A stretch of DNA of 64,000 nucleotides from Hypanus sabinus (Eukaryota). A program made the position numbers and the translations under genes. Positions 32,523 through 44,117 of this stretch are shown here, one piece after another. Below the pieces are notes generated by a model, which saw only the letters and a program-made list of their open reading frames with translations, was not told where the DNA came from and did no database searches. The stretch spans positions 1,736,001 through 1,800,000 of the forward strand of contig NC_082722.1 in NCBI RefSeq assembly GCF_030144855.1, given 5' to 3'. Numbering within the stretch: position 1 is the stretch's first letter; each line of letters begins with the position of its first letter.

Positions 32523-35430
32523 TAAAAATAGTGAGATACTGTCCAAGGGTTCAGTGTCCACATAGGAAACGGATGGTAGAGGGGCAGAGGCAGATCTCTT
32601 GAAATGATTGCCAACATGGCATTTGCCTTCCTCACTACCGACTCAATCTGCAAGGTAAAATTCAGTGCTTTCTGCATTAGGACTCCCAAGTCCCTCTGCA
32701 TCTCGAATTCCTGGATTTTCTCCCCGATTAGAAAACAGTCCGTTCTAATACCAAAGTGCATGGCCATGCATTTTCCAACATTGTATTTCATTTGCTACAT
32801 TCTTGCCTATTCTCCTAATCTGTCTGTCCTTCTGTATCCTACCTGTTTCCTCAACGCTACCTGCCCCTCCACCAATCTTTGTATCATCTACAAGCTTGGG
32901 AACAAATCCGTCTATTCCATCATCTAAATCATTTTTGTATGGCATAAAAAGAAGCGCTCCCAACAGCACCTCCGGTGGAACGCCACTAGTCACCAGCCAA
33001 CCAGAAAAAGATCATTTTATTCCCACTTGCTGACTCCCCACCAAGCAGCCAATGCTTTAACCATGTTAGTCAGTTTCCTGTAATAGCATAGGCTCTTAAC
33101 TCGGTAAGCAGCCTCATATGTGACACCTTTTCAAAGGCATTCTGAAAGTCCTAATATACAAGATACACTGCATGGCCTTTATCTATCCAACTTGTAATAT
33201 CCTCAAAGAATTCCAATAGGTTGGTCAGGCAGGATTTTCCTGGCAGGAAACCATGCTGACTTTGTACTACCTGTCCTGTGTGATTAAGTACTACATCACC
33301 TCATCCTTAACAACTAACCCCAACAATTTCACATCACTGCACTATAGGAAGGATGTGGAAGCATTGGAACGGGTACAGAGCAGATTTACCAGGATGCTGC
33401 CTGGTTTAGAAAGCATGGATTATCATCAGAGATTAAGCGAGCTAGGGCTTTTCGTTTTGGAGAGAAGGAGGATGAGAGGAGACATGATAGAGGTGTACAA
33501 GATATTAAGAGGAATGGATAGAGTGAATAGCCAGTGCCTCTTCCCCAGGGCACCACTGCTCGGTACAAGAGGTCATGGCTTTAAGGTAAGGGGAGGGAAG
33601 TTCAAGGGGGATATTAGAGGAAGGTTTTTCACTCAGAGAGTGGTTGGTACATGGAATGCACTGCCTGAGTCAGTGGTGGAGGCAGATACACTAGTGAAGT
33701 TTAAGAGACTATTAGACAGGGATATGGAGGAATTTAAAGTGTGGGGGTTATATGGGAGGCAGGGATTGTGGGTCGGCACAACATTGTGGGCCAAAGGGCC
33801 TGTAATGTGCTTACTATTCTATGTTCTATCTCTAAGAATATTCTCCTGGAATTTCGCTACAACTGACGCCTGACTACCCAGTCCATAGTTCCCAGGATTT
33901 TACTTTCTTCCCTTCTTAAATAGAAATGCAACATTAGCCAACCGCTACTCCTCCGGGACCTTGCCTCTCCTAGAGAGGAAACAAAGTTTCTAGTCAAGTC
34001 CCCAGCAATCTCGTCTGTTGCCTCCTTCCATGAGCTTGGGCAAATCCTATTGGGGTTTGATGATTTATCCACAAGAATACACTTAGGACACCTACACGCC
34101 CTCTTCTTCGACCTGGACATGTCCTAAAATAGTGATTCACTCAACACTGATCTCCTGTTTCTTCATGTCCTTGTGCTCGGTAAATAATGAAGCAAAGTAC
34201 TCATTAAGTACTTCATTCGCATTCTCTGCATCTAAGCAAATATTCCCCTCTTTATTCTAGATACTTAATATTACCTGCATTGCCCCTTCTGGCTTTCCTA
34301 TTTCCTTTCTTTGGTTGTTTGCTGGCTTCTTTATACTCCTCATGTGCTTCGGTTGAGCTTAACTTCCAAAGTTGAGCATAGTTATCATTTTTCTTCTTGT
34401 CTAACTTCATCACTTCTCTGAACACCCGAAGTTCGCTTATCTTTCCATTGTTGTTCTTCATTCTAACAGGAACATACATTTCCCGTATTCTGTGCAACTG
34501 GTCTTTAAACACTACCCACATGACTGATGTGGACTTGCCAGAAATAAAAATTATAGTCAACGAACTCTTCTTAGTTCCTTCCTAAAGCCCTTGTAATTTG
34601 TCCTACTCCAGTAAAAATCTCCCGTAAACATCTATCTATCCTTATCTGCAGCTATCCTGAGAGTTACGGAGTTGTGGTCACTGTTCCCTATCTGCAAACC
34701 ACAGAAAGGTCAGTCACCTCACCTGTTACATTGCACAACAACTTAAAAATCAAGAATGTATGAGCCTCTGCTCTTAAGATACTCAGCCGTGAGTGACGAT
34801 GCATTCTATGGATTCACTACCCTCCGCCAAAAATAATCCTCTGCACCTCTGGTATAAGGTGTCGGCCCTGCGTTCTGCTGCTGTGCCCTCTGGCCCAAGA
34901 CACGGCCACTCAATTTAGACCTTTCATTGAGATCCCCCCCATCATGCTGAACTCACGTGAGTACAGGAATAAACAATAAATGTTTCTCATACTGTAAATC
35001 CTTCAATTCTCCTGAATATCCCTTGGACCCACTCCAGTGCCAATATATCTTTTTTGGATCAGGTGCCCAAAGCTGCTCACTACACTCACTCAGTTGCTCA
35101 CTAAATGTGGTTTAACTAATACCTAATAAAGCCTCAGCTAACATCTTTGCTGTTAAATTCTAGTCTTCTGACAATGAATGACAGCATTGCATTTTATTCC
35201 TCACCACCGACTCCACCTGCAAGTTAAACTCTAACTGAAGATTGCCACGTTATTCCTCTGATTTCTGAATTATCTCTCTGTTTAGAAAATAGTTCACATT
35301 TTTTATTTCTACCAAGTGCATGACCATTCACTGCCCTAGCCGAAATTGCATATGCCTATCGCTTGTCCATTCTAATCTGAATACGTTCGTCTTCAGTTTC
35401 CCTGCTTCCTCAAACCACCAACACCGATCC
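31340..35430. mobile_element. Cluster of CR1 LINE fragments, mostly minus strand, with a plus-strand 3' end at 33330-33835
   Basis: KLVDDTKIGGG, CEHFWAPHLRKDV and FFTQRVVGTWNALP motifs, and a tactattctatgttctat tail at ~33813-33830. Confidence 0.8.
32484..32520. repeat. (AT)n microsatellite
   Basis: Direct reading. Confidence 0.95.
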
Positions 35431-36899
35431 CTGCGGACCATCTTCAGGTCATATGTAGCCAACCAGAAATGTCCCTCTTTATTTCCACTCTTTGCCTTTT
35501 GTCAGTTACTTAATATCCTGCTCGTGCAGGTGTCTTTCCTGTTACACCAAGGCCATGTATCTTGTTTAGCAAAGTCTTATAGGCAACTTCTCAAGACCTT
35601 CTAAAGACCCAAGTAAGCAACAACAACTGACTCCCCCGCTGCTCTTTCCTGAAATAATTCCAACAGTTTCTGCTGGCGATATTATCCTTCTCAAACTTTG
35701 GATTACAAATCTCTCTCTCTTACCAACAACAGCAACCTCGTGCATTGAACTGACCTTTCTCACATATCATCGAAAGACTGGATTAATTTACCCCTAGACT
35801 TGAAGAAGCTTGGTTTTCCTATAACCACACATAGGCACCTAAACTAATCTAATCATTGCTAACCTGTTTGATATATTTAAAATTATAGTACTGCATTGCG
35901 TAGTTTACTAATAAACGCCATTAGTTAATAGCAAAACCAGACTCCAGAGTGCGTTCTCCATTTCTGCTGGTTCTTTAACTCGTCCCTGGTCCCTGACAAA
36001 ATCTTACGGGCTACAGAGGAGAGAGTCCAAACAGTGATCTCTTTGTCACTCTGTTTCTTCTGTTTGAAACCTTCTTCTCCCCTCTTCTCTTCCTTCAAAT
36101 TCACCGACTGTGACCATAAAACAAAGGCGACCGTTAATCCGTGGTGGAATTATCACCCAAGCAAGCGTGGACACATAAATAATTCCCCACCGTTCACATC
36201 TCTTAACACTGCGAGAGCCACTGATCGATTTACCCGAATCGATCCTCCAAAAAGCCCACCAAAAAAAAAGCTCGTCCAGTGTCCCAGACCGTGTGTGTCT
36301 GGATCCAGCAGCTGACCCGGTATTTCTCTCAGCATGCTGAGCATCAAACTGCTCCGCCCTCCTCTCTCTCTAAGAATTTTTTACCCATCACTGCATGTCC
36401 CCTCTTCCAACCCTATTACACCCATGACTCTGGGTCCAGGTACAGGAAAAGTCTACTTTTAAATTCCCCAATGATAGCACTGTTGTTGGTCTCAAAAACA
36501 ATGCTGAGACGGGGTACATGCACCCTTTCGTAAATCTCTCTTCAGTTCCTTATTGTTTGTTATCTGTAGCTATAATTTGACCTAAACTTCAAGAGCACCG
36601 TATTTTGTTTCCTCTTTGACTACTGCCATTGATATCATTACACTTCACAACTTTTGTTGAAGGGAGCAAACATGCAAAATGTGCACGTCATCTTTGAAGG
36701 GTGTTTGAAAAATACTCAACACACATTTGCAATTATGATATTACCAGATGAAGTGATGGGCTTTTTACAGTTTTACATTTTAATGTATTACAAAGCAATT
36801 TGTAAAGTCACCTTGCCAATTGACATGGATTTGAAAGTATGACGGCAAAGCTGCAAACTGGTCCAAGTTCACGGTGTAAAATCAGCAAACTGCATGATC

Positions 36900-39645
36900 A
36901 CAGATTTTTTCTGCAGTTTGCACCTGAACTGGAAGGGGACCAACATCCCCTTCCAGTTACACTAGCGGGTAGATATGCTAGTGCTGTTCCGGGGGGTTTA
37001 AACTAGATTTGCAAGGGGAGGGGAACCACAGTGTTAGAGTTGACGGTGAGGTGGAGGTGGATAAAGGTCATGCCACGACTGCTTGTGTGGACAGAAATCA
37101 AAGGTTTGTATGTGATAGAAATGTTCTCAGGTTCTCAACTGAAGAGACTGGGGAAGAGGCATCTGGCTGTCAAATAGATAAAGATAGGAGACAGCGTGTG
37201 AGGTAGGATAGGCAGGTGATAGAGAAGGGACGTGCTCAGACCGAAGGTTGGAGATGCATCTATTTTAATGCAAGGAGTATTGTGAACAAAGCAGATGAGC
37301 TAAGAGCGTGGATCAGAACTTGGAGATATGATGTGGTGACCATTACAGAGACTTGGATGGCTCAGAGCCAGGAATGGTTACTTCAAGTGTCGGGTTTTAG
37401 ATGTTTCAGAAAGGACAGGGAGGGAGGCAAAAGAGGTAGGGGGTGTGGTACTGTCGATCAGGAATAGTGTCACAGCTACAGAAAAGGTGGATATCATGAA
37501 GGGAGTTGTGTTCCCTTGTTAGCTGTGTTCATGAAGCTTTCTTGACAGAATATGTAGATAAGCCAACAACAGGAGAGGATGTACTTGATTTGGTATTGTG
37601 AAATGAACCTGTTGAGGTGTCAAATCTCTCAGTGGGAGTGCATTTTGGAGATAGTAATCATATTTCTATCTCCTATACCATAACATTGGAGGGAGATAGG
37701 AACAGACAAGTTAGAAAAGCATTTAATTGGACTAAGAGGAATTATGAGGCTATCAGGCAGGACATTGCAGGCTTAAAGTGGAAATAAATGTTTTCAAAGA
37801 AAAGTATGAAAGAAACGTGGCAAATGATCAGGGAATAGGTGTGGAAGTCAGGAGAGCCAGAAGGGGCCATGAGAAGGCCTTGCCAGGCCGGATTAAGGAA
37901 AACCCCAAGGTATTCTGCAAGTATGTGAGGAGCAGGAGGATAAGATGGGAAAGAATAGACCTATCAAAGGTGACAGTGGGAAAGTGTGCATGGAACCGGA
38001 GGAAGTAGCAGAGGTACTTTATGAATACTTTACTTCATTATTCACTATGGAAAAGGCTCTTGGTGATAATAGTGACGACTTGCAGCAGACTGAAAAGCTT
38101 GAGCTTGTAGATATTAAGAAAAATGATGTTCTGGAGCTTTTGGTAAGCTTCAAGTTGGATAAGTCAATGGGACCGGATGAGATTTACCCCAGGCTACTGT
38201 GGGAGGCAAGGGAGGAGATTTCTGAGCCTCCGGCTATGATATTTACATCATCAATGGGGACAGGAGAGGTTCTGGAGGACTGGAGAGTTACGGATGTTGT
38301 TTCTTTATTCAAGAATGGGAGTAGAGATAGACAAGGAAATTATAGACCGTCAGTCTATGAACATTTGGAGAGGCATAATATGATTAGGAATAGTCATCAC
38401 GGCTTTGTCAAGAGCAGGTCATGTCTTATGAGCCCGACTGAATTTTTTGAGGATGTGACTAAACACACTGATGATGAAAGAACAGTAGGTGTAGTGTATA
38501 TGGATTTCATCAAGGCTTTTGATAAGGTACCCCATGCAAGGCTTATTGAGAAAGTAAGGAGGCATGGGATCCAATGGAACGTTGCTTTGTGGATCGAGAC
38601 TTGGCTTGCCTACAGAAGGCAAAGAGTGGTTGTACACGGATCATATTCTGCATAAAGGTCGGTCACCAGTGGAGTGCCTCAAAGATCTGTTCTGGGACCC
38701 TTACTCTTCATGATTTTTATAAATGACCTGGATCAGGAAGTGGAGGGATGAGTTAGTATGTTTGCTGATGACACTAAGGTTGGAGGTGTGGTGGAGAGTC
38801 TGGAGGGCTGTCAGAGGATATGCGGGATATTGATAGGATGCAAAACTGGGCTAAGAATTGGCAGATGGATTTCGACCCAGATAAGTGTGAAGTGTTTCAT
38901 TTTAGTAGTTCAAATGCGATCTATTAATGGTAGGGTCTTGGCAGTGTGAAAGATCAGAGGGATCTTGGGGTCCGAGTCAAAAGGACGCTCAAAACAGCTG
39001 CCTAGGTTGACTGTGTGGTTAAGAAGGCAGCCGTTGAATTGACGTTCATCAATCGAGGAAATGAATTTAGGAGCCGAAGGGTAATGTTGCAGCTATATAG
39101 GACCCTGATCAGACCCCACTTGGAGTACTGTGCTCAGTTCTGGTCGCCTCACTACAGGAAGGATCCTAGAAAGGGTGCAGAGGAGATTTACAAGGATGTG
39201 TCCCAGATTGGGGAGCATGCCTTATGAGGATAGGTTGAGTAAACTCAGCCTTTTCTCCATAGAGCGATGGAGGATGAGAGGTGACCTGATAGATGTGTAA
39301 AGGATGTTGAGAGGCGTTGATCGTGTGGGTAGTCAGAAGCTTTTTCCCAGGGTTGAAGTGGTTGCCACAAGAAGACACAGGTCTAAGGGAAGTAGGTACA
39401 GAGAAAATGTCAGGGGTAAATCTTTTACTCAGTGCGAGGTGAGTGCGTCGAATGTGCTGTTGGCAGCAGTGGTGAAGGCGGATACGATAGGGTCTTTTAA
39501 GGGACTTTTGGATAGGTACATGGAGCTTAGAAAAACAGAGGGCTCTTGGTAAGCCTAGTAATTTCTAGAGTAGGGACATGTTAAGCACAACCATGTGGGC
39601 CGAAGGGCTTGTATTGTGCTGTAGGTTTTCTATGTTTCTATGTAA
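36900..39645 (+). mobile_element. Degenerate CR1-type LINE (end of ORF1 plus ORF2)
   Basis: YFNARSIVNKADEL..YDVVTITETW, DFIKAFDKVPH and FADDTKVGG motifs, with a ttctatgtttctatgt tail. Confidence 0.85.
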
Positions 39646-42600
39646 GAGAGCATTGATCTATTGTAATTTGAACTAACCACAGAATTTTCCAACACTTGTG
39701 TTTTTGTTTCATGTATCATCAATTTTCAATGCAAATACTGATTATTATTTAGGTTTGGAACTTTTTTACTATAGCGCACGGGTATGGTGAAGTAGTTAGA
39801 ATACAGAATACACTAACTCGAGATTTGATGAAAAGTCGAAAAAAAAAGTTTGTCCTTTAAGTTCTCGCAGCATTCAGTGTCCCAAGCTCGTCGAGTATTT
39901 CATTACTAAAGAATATATATTTCTTTTGTAATGTGTTTCTTTAATTGTCCATTCAAAATTGGATCAGCCATGTTGAAATGGCCGTGCAGGCTAGATGGGC
40001 GATACGGTGTAATTTTGCACCTATATCTTATTGTCTTATGGACTAATTTTGATATTATGGGAAGAATGTCATGAAGAAATTTGAACTGGTTAAGTCAACC
40101 ACAATGGAGGATTGAGATTAAAAAAATGATATTAACAAGATCAGAGTAAGAGGTACACAGGTCCAAACTCATAAATTAAAACAAAGAAGCTGAACGATTG
40201 TAGTGACCTCTCCGCAAGTGTTGCATTAACTGCCTTCTCAATAAATATCCCAGGCTGTTGTTTCATGTGCAGTTATGCCTATCCGAATTCCTGAAGTTAT
40301 GTTCAAACTATTTAGTCTTCAGTGAATCAGGCTAGTCATTCATGCTAGTCGTGTGTTTTGTCTAGAAAACAAAGATTGGGAAAATAGTTGGAACATAGTA
40401 AATAAATTTTGCTGTTAAATCAAAGAATACTCATAGAAAGTACCTGGGCGTATACAATTATTTCTTCTTGACGGAGATACCCTTCGCTTTTTACTGATTT
40501 GATCACGTTTACCGTAGAATAATGCACCTTATCGGTCACTGATATCTGCATGAAACGGAAATCAAAGTTGTATATTAAAGTTACTCAATCACAACCTTAT
40601 TATTCTTGAGGCTCAGTTAACTGTCATTAACTATATACTGTAGCATATACATAGCGGAAGAATCATGACACTAACTTTATCAGTATAACAATAGTTGCAT
40701 TATCTTTAAGACGATTGATTTGATAACTTACTTAAATTGTGCTAAGTGAAATTTTGTGCAGTGGGTCACAGAGACTTACTGATGGTCAATGATTCCGCTG
40801 TATTTTTCCATTTCAAAATATAACTATCATAACAATTGCAATAACTTGCTTACTATATAGGCATACATTAACAACTGTTATGGAGTATCAATAAGGAGAA
40901 TCATAAGGGGAGATAAAGGATTGTATACACAATCTCTTCCATTAGGGCCACAACTCTGCATATAAAGCACATCTTCACAAGGCGTTGCTTCAAGAAGGTG
41001 GCATCCATCCATGAAATGTTTTGTTTTCTGATTCGGACTCTGTCTGGTCATTTTGTTTCCGGAAGGCATATTTAGGATGGAATTTCTTTTCACATATTAT
41101 TTGTGTTAATAACATGGTTAATAACAGAGTTTGTTACTTCCCCTTTACTAGAAAGAAAAAAGTGTGTATTTTTTGTTTACATTCGTCGTTGTAATTTTTG
41201 TAATTTTTCACTCTGCAGAGAGTAGAGATGAAATTTAACAAAAGGTTAGAGATGCATGCAGCAATGCACATGTTTAATCAGTAAGATTTGTCTTCTGAAT
41301 AATGGATCAAATCAGGAAGAAAATAATAAGTTTTAAAAAGTCCTTTTCAGAAAGGTGGGCAGAGCATATTTTTTTAAAAAAGCTGCTAAAATTGAAGTTG
41401 AAGCAGCAATGTTAAACAGCATATAAAACAATAATGTGTCAAGGGTGAATCAGTCATTAGCTATGTTATAGTAATATTTAGTGAGCAGTGATACAAAAAG
41501 ATCACAAGATGTCTTACACAAAATTCAGTAAAGAAAGATGTTCAACCACGGGCAAAGGAGAAATTATAAGATCCAAACCGAAGGTTTATAAGTCTCTCAG
41601 AATAGTAAAGGGTTGCAGAATATAGACATTGATAATTAAATAGTACATAAAGATTAATCTGCCTATTAGAGTGCGAAAACAATCGTGCAAGGAATGTAAC
41701 ATTTTCATTTGAAAATTGTGTAAATATATAAACAGTGCAGCAAATATGGTACCCTTATAGTCATAAAGGTAGAAGACATAATTGACCAAATGACATGCAG
41801 TGGCTGTTCGATCACTGCATTCATTCAGTCTTCGCAAAGCAGGACACAAGAAACAGCCTCCACCTGTGTATGGAAAGAGGAAAGGACTGAACTAAATCAG
41901 TATTCGGAAAGAAAGAAAACTTCGAAGTTATTGGGGATAAAAGGGCAACAAATTCCCAGGACCTGGTAATGACATCCCAAAACGCAGTTCCAGATGGAAA
42001 CAGAAATGTGGATGTATTGGTCATATTGTCCCAAAATTCTTCAGAATTTGGAAACGAGCACATGATTGGCGAGCGATACGAGTATTCTATTTTAAAAAAA
42101 AAACAAGCATACAAGCTCAAAGATGGCAGTCAACATAATGGTAGAATTTTTTTACTAAATTTTCAATGGAAATAGTTTATGTGGGATTTAAAAAAATAAA
42201 TTATGGTTAGCTAATTCATTCTCAGTCGTCTAAAGATTAGACAGAAGAAAGGTAGGACGGTTACATGGGCTGGAGAGGAGAATAGACTGCATAATGGGGG
42301 CAAGTAGATCTAGAACATATACGTATCGTTGTTGAATTGCAAGTGGAAGACACGCTTGTTGTGTTTTTCTTTTTGCCATACAGACAGTGTGTACAGTCCT
42401 GGTAAGATCTTCAGAGATGTAAATACCGAGGAACTTGAAGCTATTCACCCTCTCTGCTGTTGATCGAGACAAGCCTGTCTCTGTTCTTCCTCTAATCCAC
42501 GATCAGCTCTTTTGTTTTATATATTGATACGTATGTATATTGGTGACCGACTGTGGCCGTTACATAGATACGATGGCAAGATCGGCGTATATTTCAAAGT

Positions 42601-43085
42601 TCACATGTAAGCAATTATGTACTGGTGTATAAAAATAAGACTTATATATTGAAAATCTAACTGCAAAAACGGCAGGCTAGACAGATTAGAAAGAGGGACA
42701 AAATTGTTTGAGACATTAGATATCAGAGAAAAGAAGTTATTAACCAAATATACAACATGTGCTATACAGAAGTGATTTCGGAATTTTTCTGCTACAAATT
42801 GTGTCCGAGTTCACGCTATTTAATATAGTAATTGCAGAGACAGACATACTTCAGCATGTCAAGAGCAACACAAGGAAAAAAGCAAGAAAGGGAAATGGAA
42901 AATAATCATCAGTCGAAATCATTTTCCACTGTAGAGGGTAAATGCCGGGTTGGTTGTGTCCAATATTTGTGTATTTGCATTTATTTATATGTGCTCACGT
43001 ACCTATGCAGAGAGTCTGTTTGTCTGTCTCTCTTTGTTTCTATCTATTGATCAACTTACCAAAGCAAAAAAAGAGCAGAACCTAC

Positions 43086-43129
43086 CTGACCTTCAGAATC
43101 TACTGCTTCATCTTCGGAATCTCTTGTAC
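43086..43129 (-). CDS. Gene B exon 5: 44-nt cytoplasmic exon
   Basis: Acceptor ataattag| and donor CAG|gtaggt. Reads GTRDSEDEAVDSEGQ, homologous to gene A exon 5. Confidence 0.75.
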
Positions 43130-44078
43130 CTAATTATGATTATAATTCCAAAATATCCAATCAATTACTCACTTATCAGCATAAAATATTATTTCTGATG
43201 GGCAATATTTACATTAACATTTCAAGCAATATTGTAGTACGTTACTTGCTGAATCCTGCCATATATAAAACACAGAAATTTCTCTGAGATTTGTATTCAC
43301 GGTGTCTAACATTAGCTAGTCCCTTCTATACCAAATCAAAATAAACTCTTGCCAGGCCTCTGAATAAACTTCAAAACCAAACTTCTAGGGAAAATACAAA
43401 ACAAAAAAAAAATCGTGTGGTATTGAACCGAAGGTAACATTCACCCGGAAGAGGGGCACTTTATTTTCTGCCAGACTCTTGAAGATCAAAACACATTACC
43501 CTCAGCATTTAGCGCAGCGCATAAAACTCCGGCCATGCCCCACTTCTCGCTCACTGTTCTCGACGGCATGACAAAACTTAAGGATGGCATTTATATAATG
43601 CATTCAATTCCTGAACATTTTACTCAGTGCAGTAAAGGAAGAGGAAGTGGTTTTGATAAGTAATGGAACCGAGTATTCCTGGCAGACCATAACTTGTAAA
43701 ACGAACGGGAATATCGTTGGAGAATGGATCCAATGCTAAATATGTTGCAGTTGCATCTCCATAATTTTTCTATTGATTGTTTTGGAAATTACCAGAGTAA
43801 CTGCAGTGTATCTGGCATTTTGTGAACAGGGCGTGCATGGACACGTTTTGACTTCGGGTGGATTCTACTGTAGTAACAATGCCGTAGCGGGTCATTTGAT
43901 GTTGCAAGTAGTTTTCGGTACGTATCAACGCTAATGCCATGATGCACTGAGTGTCATCGATTGTACCTTCTATTACTGAATTGAATGAAGATCTATTCCA
44001 GGGTCCATCCCAGCCCTTTAAATTATACACTCTCCTCCACCCCCCCCCCACCCCAACCCCTTTCTCTCTCTCTCTCTC

Positions 44079-44117
<39 letters not shown>

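Noticed and set aside
43400-43960. CpG-containing block in gene B intron 4 with fragments such as TITCKT (+) and ATYLAL (-)
   Set aside because: Stops in the relevant frames and no coherent Ig or ITIM exon with matching splice sites.
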